Numbered from the stretch's first letter, positions 1 through 12,381 are shown. The stretch is 64,000 nucleotides of DNA from Setoptus koraiensis (GCA_048013815.1 CM106585.1:5394001-5458000); one strand, 5' to 3'. Numbers and translations are program-made. The notes: generated from the letters alone by a model not told the origin.

Positions 1-1253
1 GCCAACGGATAAATCTGATCTGGTTTCTACTTACAAAGCGTTCTGCAAATCTGCCAAAAAGGATATATCGAGAAGTTTACAGGACGACATGGAGATGGCT
101 CATCAGTTCGATGTGGCGATGTTCTGCTTTATTGTACCCGCAATATACGAACATTTTTCATCATCTGTATTAGGGAATGCCCACCTCTTACATATCGTAG
201 TTTCTTGTGTAGATTCTTTCGAATTGCAGCAATTAATTTGTTTGGTTGTTCAGAGAAGCTTGGTCATGATAGACGAAGAATCTCTCTCGGACTTGTTAAG
301 TAAGTATCTCTAGTTAGAGCGATTCACATCCTTATTTTTACATTATCTGAAACACGAAATTCATTTATGCTTTTGCATAACCCTTCTATTTATAGGTATT
401 AGCCTTGATTGGGAAACATGGGAACAATATTGTTTATGGCAATTGATGATCGCGCATGATGTGTCCATTGATACTGTACTGCCCGTCATATCCAAACTTG
501 ACCACCGATGTAAGTTCCAGAGCTTCAGATCTTATTCCATATCGTTCAAAATCTAGATGCATGATAATTGATTTTTCATCTGTCTCTATTTTATATTTGT
601 TCAGCTCACTCTGAGGCTTTGACCTGCTCATTATTAATGTTAAAGAGAGAAACACCTAATTTAACGATTTTGAAGCAAGTGATGCACCGAGAATTCAAAA
701 AAGAGGATCTATTCACCGTATCCCTACTCACAAGTTGGTCTGAGAAAAAAGAAGCCAAAAGGGAACTTGCCAAACTAATAGGGGAACTATTAGATTCTAA
801 ATCAAACAACCCCAGTGTTAGGAGGAAAGGGTAATTTTCGATATTTTGTCACAATCTCAGTTAACTCCCATACCAACGATCAGCCTCGTCTATAATTGAG
901 CAAATCCTAAACTTTCAATCTGTTTCAAATTTTATCTCTCCTCTGTTACTTGTAGGCAAAAAAATAATTCGGCCAAGCCAAATCAGTCCAACATATCAAA
1001 TCGGACTGAAACTATTCTTAGTCACCTGGATCTATTCCGGCAACATTCTAGTAACAATCTTCTTTCGCAAGAATCTATTCGGACTTCCCTGCACCAGGTC
1101 CAACTCCTCTGTAATGACATCCAGAAGAACAAATTTGGAGATTTGTTTGCTTTAGCTGAGGAGGCGCCAGATTTCCAATCTGGTAAACGGTCTAAAGAGC
1201 TCACTCAATCTAAGAGTAAGAGATTGAAGAAACATTTGGACGATCCGATTTAG
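1..1253 (+). CDS. INTS3: Integrator/SOSS complex subunit 3, 3' part (5'-truncated by window edge); exons <1-299, 396-509, 605-830, 956-1253
   Basis: Spliced translation reads ...AMFCFIVPAIYEHF...VVSCVDSFELQQLICLVV...SISLDWETWEQYCLWQLMIAHDVSIDTVLPVI...SHSEALTCSLLMLKRE...KNKFGDLFALAEE..., matching the INTS3 C-terminal motifs SLDWETFEQYCAWQL, EHPEALSCLL and KFSDLFSLAEE. Three GT-AG introns (300-395, 510-604, 831-955) keep the frame. Stop TAG at 1251-1253. Confidence 0.92.
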
Positions 1254-1954
1254 ATCGGTGGCAAGTAAACTGATAAATCTTGATCAGACAATTTATCCGA
1301 TATTAGTGAATGATGCGAATCTACTCTATATGATAGATTGACATGACTAGATTCTTTTTTCAATAAGCTATTTATACTTGTTTGTTCAAGAAAGTGTATG
1401 AGCCGCGAATCGGTACCAGTGATTACGAATGATATTTGTTTTGATGTGCGTGCACTATGACGTGAGAGAAATATTTATTTTTTAACATATAAAATACGAC
1501 GATTTTCATTTCAACCTGATCTAAACAAGCGCAGAAACCAAGACAAAGGCTTTACAAACAACTACTATTATGGTTGTAAAAAACATAAGCTCTAAATCAA
1601 TTGTCCTTTCAAGTCTGTAGTGTCTACAGTATGCTCACCGACACTATGATGATGAAGTAAAGTGTGTGGAATAACGACCGCGACTAGTGTTTTTGTCCTT
1701 CTAGATAAGAGCTAGTTGGTTAGCTAGATGTAAATGTATTCGACTGTAGCGCACCTCAACAAACATTTGTCCAGTGAACGGTAAAGAGTTCTTTTATGGT
1801 GTTTTTTATTATTAATTGTGACTTAATATAGATTGTGTCATTGTTTAGTGTGTCATGTTAGTGATGCCTCAGGTTGTTTTTATTTTTCTACTCTTTCTAA
1901 TTTGTCGGGTACACCAACTAAAATGTGGTTATACATTCAAATTGTTGGTGATAA

Positions 1955-3196
1955 TCATTTTTTAACATAAAATCTATGACCAAGATTCTCGCCTACATAA
2001 TCAAAACGGTCCTTTAGTTTATAAACAGGGCATTGTAAAGGGTTGTTGACACCCACACACAGTGACTTATATGAAGTGCCATAATCGCATTTATCACCAA
2101 ATGTAAACACTGAGTCGGGTGATTGACGAAACAAGTCATTGTATGATTTTATTCGTTGAGTTTTATTTGCTAGAGCCATACCATTGTTTGTCGCTAGATG
2201 ACGATGATCTTCTTTGGGCGATGCATCCTCATGACTATTTCGACTTGGCCATCGTTTATAGTTTGGCGATGATAAATCATCGAAGTCCTTTGGTTGAGGG
2301 TAGTCATTATCAAATATGCTGAAATGTTGCTGTTGACAAGTCTTATGTAATTTATCTCTAGTCTTTTGAGAATGAGCCACTGTCTCTATTGTAGCGTCCT
2401 TGTTTTCACTAATGAATGTGGATTTAGACATTCTGTTGTTGACTCTATTTGGTTTATTATCAACAGGCGTCAACTTTGGAACTTCCTTAGTATTGTCGTT
2501 AGCATGAAGATGTTGCAACTGTTGTTGTTGGTTATGTGGCTGCTGACCCTGAAAAGGTTGTTGTAGGGAGTTCCTCGTTTTAGCCACTGTTGACTTAGAC
2601 CTGTATTGCTGATGTTTTTGCTTTTGTTTGATGTCTTCGTACTCGTCCGATCTGATTGTGTTTCTTCTTATGTTTGCCTCCTGTCTTGATGGTCGGGCGG
2701 CCGACAGATTATCATATTCGCGTTGGTTTTGCAGTTCTTCGTCTTCAGACTCATCAGAGCTATCCAGTACCTCATTATTTTCATCAATATCCTTAATAGT
2801 ATAGTCTCCTAACTTTGTCACTACTGACGGTACTTCCGGTTTTGGCGAACATTCTGTATTGAGCAGCGAGCCATCAATAGGGTGACGTTTTTGTTGTCGA
2901 TGCGTCTCATTGATGATGTCATTCTGTTGAATATGATCGATTAAGTTTGGATTATTTTTCACTTTTCTCTTCAAAGGTAAGCGACGATTTTCTCCAGGAA
3001 ACGTCAGATATGTCTCAGAATCTGAGCTCTTTAAATTCCTCACATCTAGCACTTTGGAACTGTTATTATTGTTGCTGATGGCTGCCGGCAACATCATCGT
3101 ATCTTCTCTGGCGCCCTCTTGTTGCAGATTAAGTTCTTTCAATTTCCCGACCGAATGTTTATGTTTTCTGGTAAGTACACTGTCCTCCACTATCAT
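1955..3196 (-). CDS. Uncharacterised N/Q/D-rich protein, C-terminal ORF (413 aa); probably the last exon of a gene that includes 3386-4723
   Basis: 1.2-kb open frame with biased, disordered composition and a more ordered C-terminal ~50 aa (FTFGDKCDYGTSYKSLCVGVNNPLQCPVYKLKDRFDYVGENLGHRFY). No family recognised. Confidence 0.7.
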   Translation of the reverse strand: MIVEDSVLTRKHKHSVGKLKELNLQQEGAREDTMMLPAAISNNNNSSKVLDVRNLKSSDSETYLTFPGENRRLPLKRKVKNNPNLIDHIQQNDIINETHRQQKRHPIDGSLLNTECSPKPEVPSVVTKLGDYTIKDIDENNEVLDSSDESEDEELQNQREYDNLSAARPSRQEANIRRNTIRSDEYEDIKQKQKHQQYRSKSTVAKTRNSLQQPFQGQQPHNQQQQLQHLHANDNTKEVPKLTPVDNKPNRVNNRMSKSTFISENKDATIETVAHSQKTRDKLHKTCQQQHFSIFDNDYPQPKDFDDLSSPNYKRWPSRNSHEDASPKEDHRHLATNNGMALANKTQRIKSYNDLFRQSPDSVFTFGDKCDYGTSYKSLCVGVNNPLQCPVYKLKDRFDYVGENLGHRFYVKK

Positions 3197-3385
3197 CCAG
3201 TAATGGAATGATACATTAAAATAGTTAAATAGTTGGAAGAAAGAGGTTGATTACACGCATTAGTAAATTCGATGATGGGATGAAAAAAAATAAGCTCAAA
3301 AGAAAAAATTAAAATAGCTGATCTAATGTACGCATAACCAATGTGGCGCCTCGCCGCAAATCAGGCTAATACAAGCCAATAAGCC

Positions 3386-4723
3386 CTAATCACTTCTCGT
3401 CAAATTACCATCATCTGGTTGCTCGCTCTGTTGTTGTTGCTTGTCATCTTGATGGCTTCTCTTCGATTTGACTTTCTTTCTTCTTTTCCTTGAATGTTTC
3501 TTCCTGTTATTCGCACCGGACACATTTTCATTGATTTGTGTGTGTGTTCTTTCTTTGGCCCATGTCTCAGTGTTATCGTCCAACAAAAAATGGCTACCAC
3601 ACGTACAATCCGGGTGATTCTTTCTGGTTAATCTGGACCCATCATTGTCGCCAGTCCTGTCGAGTTGGTCAGTCTCGTTATGAGCTCTGGGCTGTTGATG
3701 TTTGTATTTGATGTCGTTTTCGATTGCACGGTCGCACTTGAAATCATTAATGCTATATTCATTGTGAAATAATGGTGAAAAGTCTTTCTTCGTTTTAGCT
3801 ACTCTCGTTTCTACATGTTCGCTTCTATTTCCTACCGTCTGTTTGACAGGTGCCTCAGCATGTTGTTGTTGTTGTTGTTGTTGGTGCTGATGTTGGTGGT
3901 TTTGTTTCTGTTGTTGTTGGTGTGTAGTGGCGGTGACTTCTTCGGTGGGCCCGAAGAAGCCACTGTAGCCAGGCCTCAGACTAGTGGATGGTCTGTGTTT
4001 GCTTCTTTTGCGTCCAACAACCATTTCCAATCTATTCAGATTTTTGTCATAGACATGCATATAACAGCAACGATCATCATTACTAGCTAATCTTGGCACA
4101 TTATCATTGTTATTGTTATTATTAGTATCATCTGTTTTGTTATCTCTCTGTTGGGTGTCAGATGTTGCCAGATGAGTCACATTATCAGTACCTGCAGTAT
4201 CGTCTTGTGTCCATTTAGCCAGGCGCTTCTTGGCCAAATTTTCATAATTAGCATCGAATGTCCCCTCCAGATTCAAGTCGCCCCCGGCAACCACAATATC
4301 TGTGGCATTTTTCCCTAGATGGCCACGATTCTCTGGTTGTTTAGTTAATAGATATGACAAACAGTTGTGGTTTTGATGCTGTTTGTTTGATTGTTTACAA
4401 ATCAATATGCGCCTCCCATTAAAACCGTCATCATCGAGGGCGCTGTCGTGCATTGGAAGCGACAACGAACGCGCATCGTCCTCGTAATCCACATCAATAG
4501 ACTCATGATCGCCATGATCAGCTAAATTGAGCCTACCAACAGACTCCTCTAGCTGTTTGTTTTTCTCATCATCATTGTCATCAGAGGACACAGATCCCGA
4601 CGACGAGCAAGAGGAAGAAGCGGATGACGAGCACGAGGACGACAAAGATGACTTTAGTGGATTATCTCTAGTCCCAACCAGTTGTTTGTCGGTGGCAGTT
4701 TGCTCTGCTTGAGTTTTGGTCAC
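3386..4723 (-). CDS. Uncharacterised S/D/N/Q-rich protein ORF (445 aa); probably an internal exon
   Basis: 1.3-kb open frame. It begins at GTG directly after ctttaag (acceptor-like) and has a phase-1 donor-like A|GTGATT at 3393. Poly-S, poly-Q and a K/R-rich NLS-like segment (KKHSRKRRKKVKSKR). Confidence 0.7.
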   Translation of the reverse strand: MTKTQAEQTATDKQLVGTRDNPLKSSLSSSCSSSASSSCSSSGSVSSDDNDDEKNKQLEESVGRLNLADHGDHESIDVDYEDDARSLSLPMHDSALDDDGFNGRRILICKQSNKQHQNHNCLSYLLTKQPENRGHLGKNATDIVVAGGDLNLEGTFDANYENLAKKRLAKWTQDDTAGTDNVTHLATSDTQQRDNKTDDTNNNNNNDNVPRLASNDDRCCYMHVYDKNLNRLEMVVGRKRSKHRPSTSLRPGYSGFFGPTEEVTATTHQQQQKQNHQHQHQQQQQQQHAEAPVKQTVGNRSEHVETRVAKTKKDFSPLFHNEYSINDFKCDRAIENDIKYKHQQPRAHNETDQLDRTGDNDGSRLTRKNHPDCTCGSHFLLDDNTETWAKERTHTQINENVSGANNRKKHSRKRRKKVKSKRSHQDDKQQQQSEQPDDGNLTRSD

Positions 4724-7101
4724 CTTAAAGTTGTCATTTTTGCATTTGTGTTCGCTGGATAGATGATTTGCCGAACGGTCGAGTCACCCAAAGAGGAAGT
4801 GAACAAGCAAGAGAGGGTGAGTATTAAAAAAAATGTAAAAAGATGAGATATTGCATGAAGCGGGTATTGTTAGTCGTAATCAAATTGTCAGTCAACGAAA
4901 AGACCAGCGTTGACCGGGTATTATTGATTGTAAGCGTTGTAATAATTTGGCGAAGAGTTAACGACCGTAGAGATGAACGATTATCGCGAGCGTGAAAAAG
5001 TTTATTCGGGGGCCTCAGCGCAAATAATACAGATAGGGACAGTTATTCAGAAGCTGAGCTGCTCACACAAGCCACTTATCTGTTGGCGGTGTAGATAAGC
5101 GGCGAGCGCAAAATATCACAAAACATGATTGTAAGCAGCATGAGCATGAGAAATGCAATAATTATAGGCTAAACGTGATGCTACTAACTAATAACACTCT
5201 CGCCATAGGCCACTAACTCGCCCCACTTAATAATCTGTGTGTAACAAACAAATTTTTTGAAGCGGTGAATGAGGTTAATAAACTTCCGCCTCGCGCTGCA
5301 AACACATTATACATAGAGAGATCAATTACCCTCAATTGTGGCTGACGATGTCCACTTTGGCCGCGCCCGGCCAAGTTGAAATAATGTAAAAAGAATTAAA
5401 TTGCAATCATCATTGGAAGTATCACAAAGGTAGGTCTCGGACAATCAGACAAACAAGAAGAAATGTATCGAAAGGAAAAATAAACTCTCACGCTTGCTCG
5501 TGTCTAAATAGTGTAGCAACACATTTTTGCATTTTGTTGTGTATTAATTTTGAATATATCCGTATATCGTTAGCTTGTTAGTGTTGGCGGGTTGCATGTA
5601 ATCTGTTTTTAAAAAACTCTCTTTCACCTCAATCGTGGGCGCGCTCTATAGCTCGGCCTCGGTGACACACACACACACACACACCGAAGTTTGTTTGTGT
5701 GGCGTGGGTGGCGCATCAGTAGCAATGACACACAAAGGCACTGGCGCTAACAAACTGGGGGGTCTAACCTAGATATGGAGCATCATCATCATTAGTGGTA
5801 TCATGATAACCGTAAATAACGCACAATGGGAGCGCACAAGCTCGCCAGCAATTCGTATGCGTGTGTGTGTGTGTGTGCCACTGGTCATTGTCATGGCGTA
5901 ACGGTATATTGTTGCCATGGAAACGCGTTGCTGCTGAAATGTATGCGCCTCGCCGATTTGTCCGACGGCAGCTGGCTTGCCAAACGGACAGAGATGGCCG
6001 AGGATGGAGCCCGATAATGGGTTTGTGTTTGAGCGCGCTAAACAGTGACGATTGAACAAAAACAACAACTGTCTAATTTGCATCTCCGGTCTTGGTGCGT
6101 GTGTGTGTAATGAGCGCCATTAATCATGTATTGGTGTCAATTCGCGGATTGATTGTGCAGAGTGGCAGCTGCTCCGTCGTTTGTTGCTGTCGTTGCTGTT
6201 GTTGTTGTTTCTGTCGTTTTTGTTGTCGTTGTGTTAGGCAACACAAAGATCCCTTGCAAACTGGCAAGAAGCTGGCAACTCTGCGACAGCCAACCGACAA
6301 CAAGCAGTATCAGCTGTCTCGCCAGCGTTGGGCCGAGCAACATCGTGATCTTGTCGTGAAAAAAGCGCTAATGTTCACACTCAGCCCACTGTGAACCAGC
6401 CAGTCAGCCAGCCAGCGATAGTGAATGTAGCCAGCTAGTGATAGTGAATGTAGCCAGTAGCAGCGTTACAATACATCTCATCAGTCATATTTCTCTTGGT
6501 ATCGTGTTGAATTAGTAATTAATTATTATCCTGAACGCCGATCGCAATTCGTGTTGGCACGACAACAGGTGAAACACACGCACTCAGTATAGCTGACAAT
6601 GTGAGATAGACATTGGTCACTGGTGCAAGTGGTGTCAGTTGGGAGAGGCTGTTGAATATGCATTAGAGTCAAAATAGCATCTTGAATATGCGTAATTTGC
6701 GTTGCCCAACAATCGGCCGCCTGTATGTTGGGTGGCGCGACACACAGGCGAGCTGATTAGCGCCAAACGAAACACGTCGTGCAATGGCACCCATTTGTAA
6801 ACAAAACATGGCCAAATAAGGCCAGTGGACACACCAATAAACAAATGACTTTTGACTTATTTATGGTCTTTGCCAAAGCAACACACACACACACACACAG
6901 GGATTTTGAAGGTGGCTGGCGGACCGACTTGTTTGTTTATGTGCTGGCAGTGCAGATTATAACAAATAATACCTGCAACACGTTGGCACAGGTACGGATC
7001 GGTGGATGACTCAATCGGCGCTCATTACAAGGTTGAGTGGCGAGCAGTAACCAGCCAAACGTAATCATCATTTATTTATTGCCTGCAAACGCTCTAATCT
7101 A

Positions 7102-7725
7102 TTAATAGTACACACGTAGTAGTAGCATTAGAGTAGCACAACAGCAGCAACAACAACAACAACAACGACAACAACGACAACAACGACAACGACAAGCAGC
7201 TCGCATTGGAGCTGGAGGAGAGAGTTGCGTTGTGATGCGCGTGGGCGGAAATGCATCACAAGTAGTGTACGGCGATAGCGAGTTGAGGACAGAGCACGAA
7301 GCCAGTTGATGGTCGCTGGCTGGCCGATCGGCTAACAACGACGACTCGATAGCCTTCGGATTGCGCTGTGTTCGAGCCGCTATCGAGCATATCTGGCCTC
7401 GGCCACTGGGCGGTTGCGAGCTGTTAGTGCACAGGCGACGACGCAAATTGGTCTAAATTGGTGCAAAGTTGGTCTAAAATGGTGCAAAGTTGGTCTTAGA
7501 TGGTGCAAAATGGTCTAAAAGGTGCAAAGTCGGTCTTAAAGGGGCAAAGCTGGTCTTAGATGGTGCAAACTGGGCTAAACAAATTACTTACCCACAGGTG
7601 CACAGCTGACAAATGCAAAGATGCGCTTGGGGCGAGAAACACTCTTTGGCGGGGCGACCATTTCGCTGCTGTCCAATGGTGCCAACAGTGTTATTTGGCC
7701 TTGTTTGTTCGCTTGATGATATCAT
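7102..7725 (-). CDS. Putative SAXO/FAM154-like N-terminal exons (7592-7725 and from 7420 downward); rest of gene unresolved
   Basis: Minus-strand frame MISSSEQ...AHLCICQLCTCG ends at a consensus donor GG|GTAAGT (intron from 7591). The acceptor cactaacag|C at 7420 is phase-compatible, giving CICQLCTCGS, which resembles the SAXO N-terminal CxCxxCxCG motif. Confidence 0.4.
7445..7580. repeat. ~21-bp minisatellite (tggtgcaaagttggtctaaaa), about 6 copies, filling the putative intron 7421-7591
   Basis: Directly visible tandem array. Confidence 0.9.
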
Positions 7726-10628
7726 GCTGCTGTTTGGCACTGTTCTGTTTTACAGAACAACAATTGACGCAACTTGCGCGTGTTTACGATTGTTCGTGAT
7801 TGTGATTTGTGGCCTGAATGGTCGGTGTTGGTTGTTTGGCGTTTGTTGTTTGTTGTTGTGATATATGAATATGACTGGCGGTGGACGATGTTGCGCGCGC
7901 GACGACCAGCCGACTGAGCCCCTGCCGGCCACTTGAAACTGACCTGACACCCGTGACACAACGGACGGTGTGTCACGGGCTGCTGTCTTGCGCAATCGGC
8001 CGAATTGGCATTGTCATGTGGCCTGGATGTCGTGCGAAATGCGTTGTGAGACTGCGCCGGAGAGCATCTTTTATTAGGTCAATACTTACCGTTGCTGCTA
8101 CTGCCACTGATACTCGGTCAAGGCAACTTTGGCCGTTTGTTTCTCTGAAAAGTTCTTGCTTCTGGCTTTGTGGCTTGCACATGCCAATTATGCCGCTATG
8201 ATACTGGTATAATACTGGCGCGGTGTTTTGTGACTGTTGTCGTTGCTTGTGACTGCTGTTGTTGCTTGTGACTCTTGTTGTTGTTGTTGCTCGTGAATAC
8301 GCCGTCGGCCGAAGTGTTGTGTTGTGCGCTGACGCCACTCTCAATTATGCATATTTAGCTGGCAATGATGAATATTTGCTGGCCCAAGATAAATAGAACG
8401 GCAACTGTTACGAGTGAGTGCAGCTAGGCGACGGTGTTGCTCGGGTGCGCGCACTTGTGGCCACCATTGTAACGAAATAGACATCACCCTTGGCCAGCGT
8501 GTGATCTAACAGGTGAGTGAGCTCGTCGCGTTGCCTTTATTTAGCTGGCTGCGGCAATCGCAAAACGCAATCATCCCCGTTGAGCAGGCTGCTCAAATTT
8601 GGCTAGCGAGCTGCCTCGCTGCCAGCTAAACAAACCAAAGTCTAGCCAGGCTTCGTTTGCTCGCTTGGCGCTGGCAGCTTGTGTTGGCAGAGCCGTTTTG
8701 TCAGCCGTCGGTCGTAGTTTTGCCGTGAAATGCCGACATGACATACAGAGAAATATATAGAGAAATAGAGCCGCCCACCAGAGCTTGCTGTTGTTTTAGC
8801 CGTGTAACAGTAGTTGTGGTTGCTGTTGTTTGTGCACAAGCGAGTGGGATGTTTATGGGATGGCTCCAATCAACAATAAAAGGCAGATGATAGTCACGTA
8901 CTTACATGCGTTATTGTTGGTAATTTTCGCAAAGTCGCCACCGTGAGCCAACAACGTCAGGCTCGATAGGGTGGCGCGCTCACAGGTGAACAATCGGAAT
9001 CACATTTGTTTGTTGTTTGTGTCGGGATGTTGTTGTTGTCGTTGCCGTCGTTGTTGTCGTTGTTGTCGTTGTTGCGCGTTCAGAAGCTCGCTAACGGCAT
9101 CGCGATGCCATACAAATTACAACAGCAACACAATACATCGCAACACTTGGTTCCGTGTAATTCATATAATCATATATAAAGTGTCGGCTGTTGTCAATGC
9201 AGCCAATGCGGCACTCGAGCAGCGCCGATCGAACGCTAGATACTGCTGGCGAGCTAGCTAAAAATTGTCGTTTGTTGGGTTAGAGTTTCGTCGGCAAACG
9301 ACAGATTTGCTCATTCGTCATGGCGCGACGCATACATCCGTTTGTCGCACTGTCGGGCGTCAGGCAACCTGTTGTCACACTGTGTATTCCGTGGCTAGTT
9401 CGTGTCAACCGTTTGCCTGACACAAACGAGCTTCCATGTTCCCGGCAAGCCCTGGCCAGTTGGCCCGTTAGCCGACTGGCCCATCACAGGCACCCATCGG
9501 GCTCGCCAAGCACAACGATATCGGCCGGCTAGGTGCCACCAAAGGGAGCCCGTGAATCGACAATCACTGACAAATGGCCCATGAAACGATTGTCTAACGG
9601 ACGCTCGCCAACGGACACCACAAATGAGACGCCCGATCCCGACTGAAAATGCCAATCAACGCCGTTATACAAGATGCACCATGATTCATGTATCAAGAGC
9701 ATATCGAGACCATTCTCCTATTCGTCGTGCTGTCCCACTTGGACCAGGTCGAGTTATTTCACTATTAGTGCGCCCTATAAACAAGATATGCGCACAATAG
9801 CGCGAAGCAATTTCCGTAAAACTGGTCAGCGCACACGGCCGGCGGCCAGTTGTTTTTCGCACCAATAACAACAATATAACAAAACATATGATTGCAAATT
9901 CATTGATGCCCGATGGTCAGCTCACAGAGTCTTGGCTCTCATACAAATTAATCCGGGCGAGCTACACGATTATTAATTAAATATCTCTTATTATTATTCT
10001 CATTCGGTCTCATTTGGTCTCATTTGGTCTCGTTTGGGCATTTTCCAAACTGATGTTATCAACATACTGCCAACATACACACAGTCATTACAAGTATGGC
10101 TAAATGAACAAGCTCAAGTGGTGGCAATATCTCCATAGGTTACTCGTTTATTCAAATACCAATCTTGCATAATAACAAGATAATAGATAGGCACTCAATA
10201 GCACCGTACATGACAGCAACAAACAAACAAACAAACAAACCATATTTGCATGGCAATATATGCACGATCAGTTAGATCGTTGATAGTCGATAGATAGTAG
10301 TCACGTTCATGTCATGACACAAATCCATATGTTGGTCTACTTGTCTCTTTTCATGACACACACGACACGGATAGTTTTCAAATGATAGCTCAAGATTATG
10401 CTGAGAACACACATTACACACTGGCCAGATACCAATCAATTACTATCACACGAACAGTGCAATACATTTTACTAAAACAAATATTTTATCAATGCAACAA
10501 CCTCAAGAGGGGACACACACTGAAGGACGAAGATACTCATTATTATACAAACAAGCCAACACACATTTATTTATAGCCACTATTCAGCTCAACGATTCCT
10601 CAAACGCCTCCAGCAATAGGACACACTA

Positions 10629-11267
10629 ATGCTGAGCACTGCAATAGCCATGAAAAATTTAAAGTTTTTTGTTTTAGGCGCACCCAAAGTGGGCAAAACC
10701 TCCATTTTACAAAAGATTGTCTTTGCCAATCAGTCCCAGGACGAAAAGTACCCACCCACTATTGAGGATGTCTATTTTACCGTTATAGACAGCTCTAGTT
10801 TGGACAAGAACAGTAGCAACAACAAAGAGGGCGATAGATTGTTGTTCTTCGATGTGGCGGGCATAGGCAACAATATCGATATTGAATCAGTGAGAAACTA
10901 TTTGGCTTACGCTGATGGCTTTATTTTAATTTACTCCATTAATGATAGGCAAACTTTTAACATTGTTGACAATCTCAAGAAACTAATAGATCAAAGCAAA
11001 GACAAAAAGGATATACCCATTATAGCGCTGGGTAACAAGCTGGATTTAGACGATGAGAGACAGGTGGATTTTGATGAGGCTCACATTTGGGCTAAACGGG
11101 AGCACATAAAACTATTCGAGGTTACCTCATTAGAAAGAAAAACTCTATCAGAGTTAATTGTGTATTTAGCCACTCGTCTCACTGCTTGTCCCGCTCAATC
11201 AACTTCGGCATTCAAGTTGCGCCGCTCTAAAACAAACCAAAACTCATCGGGAATGATCTATGATTGA
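10629..11267 (+). CDS. NKIRAS: NF-kappaB inhibitor-interacting Ras-like GTPase (kappaB-Ras), intronless ORF, 212 aa
   Basis: P-loop GAPKVGKT, TIEDVY, DVAG, ADGFILIYSI, DKKDIPIIALGNKLD, WAKREHIKLFEVT and RKTL all align with kappaB-Ras motifs (TMEDVY, ADGFVLVYSV, DKKEVAIVVLGNKID, WAKSEKVRLWEVT). No CAAX box. AATAAA at ~11319. Confidence 0.88.
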   Translation: MLSTAIAMKNLKFFVLGAPKVGKTSILQKIVFANQSQDEKYPPTIEDVYFTVIDSSSLDKNSSNNKEGDRLLFFDVAGIGNNIDIESVRNYLAYADGFILIYSINDRQTFNIVDNLKKLIDQSKDKKDIPIIALGNKLDLDDERQVDFDEAHIWAKREHIKLFEVTSLERKTLSELIVYLATRLTACPAQSTSAFKLRRSKTNQNSSGMIYD

Positions 11268-12381
11268 TTGGCACAAGCACTCACAATTAAACACGTCTAG
11301 ATCCAAATATTTGTCCAGAATAAATTGTCCACTATTTATTGGCGCTACTAGCACGGCGAACAGCCAGCAGCTTACAAAATCAATGAATTTGAATCCTTGA
11401 ATTACTCACAGATACATGCCGTGGAGGAATCTGCTGTCAGGTCTATAAGGGTATTGATATCAAAAAAATCATTGATTTATTACGAAATAAAACGGGTATG
11501 CGACCAGCCCGTTTGTGCTCAATTTCTCCAACCTAGAACAGATCGGCTGTATAGAACTCATGTGGAGTCCAACACCAACCAAGGGTTCCTCGTTAGTCAG
11601 AGACTGATAACAAGAAAAGATACGATCAGTGAGCTTTGTCACTCGAAATTCTCTATAAAAATCTCTTATATCTCATGCGCCCTATAGACAGTTGTCCTAT
11701 ATAGTGTGACGAACAAATAAAATCTTGAGCGGCTAAATAAAGCCATGACGCAATCAAAGCTTACGGTGAGCGCCAAAGAACGGTCAACTACTGTAGTAAT
11801 ATTTAATTGTATATCAGGTACTTAGATAAACAGATTGAATCTATGTAGTGGTAGTCATTGCACCAGTTGCCTGTTCAAACTATGTAGAGTTTCAGTCGCA
11901 TGCAAAAGATTCTATTTATACGACGCAGGAAGTTATTTCTAGTGTGAAAGCACACTGTAAATGTTTGTTACGTCAGACATTGAGTTAAGTTAAGTGTGAT
12001 ACTTCATTGAAAATATGGCTGAGAGATTGATGTTGAAAAAGTATGTAAGTACTCTAGTGGAAATTTCGTTCACGTTTTCGCAACGAATGGAACTGTATTG
12101 TCACTCCGGGATCGATTGCCGATTTATTTTTTATTTGTCCGCGCCCAATGCATGACATGAAAATAGTAATATTAGTTAGATAGATATAGATAGCTATAGA
12201 GCGATAGAACCTGATGCTAAAGTAGTGATAGTGGCTACTTTTCAATGCTTGTATAGGTTGAAAAATTCACACATAGAGCTTCAATAGAATATCCGAGCGA
12301 TCTTCTCATTTAGAAAGCGAAATTTCCAAAAGTGATGTAAATTGATGATCTAAATCTTGTCGATCAGAACAGTTTAGCGAC

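Noticed and set aside
89-1204. Short ORFs 89-313, 434-655, 568-834, 606-809 and 1022-1204 as separate or viral genes
   Set aside because: They are pieces or antisense shadows of the spliced INTS3 exons.
6092-6394. Cys-rich ORFs (CCCRCCCC; also 7102, 8971, 14435, 18943, 50165) as metallothionein- or keratin-associated-like proteins
   Set aside because: The Cys runs come from (TGT/TGC/TTG)n microsatellites or the antisense of polyQ codons.
6238-10300. Other exon-like fragments on either strand (e.g. GNTKIPCKLARSWQLCDSQP..., ENGLDMLLIHESWCILY...)
   Set aside because: They could not be linked into a phase-consistent model and resemble no recognised family; unresolved without RNA-seq.
11397-11687. 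96-aa ORF downstream of kappaB-Ras
   Set aside because: Non-ATG start, no motif, no splice support.
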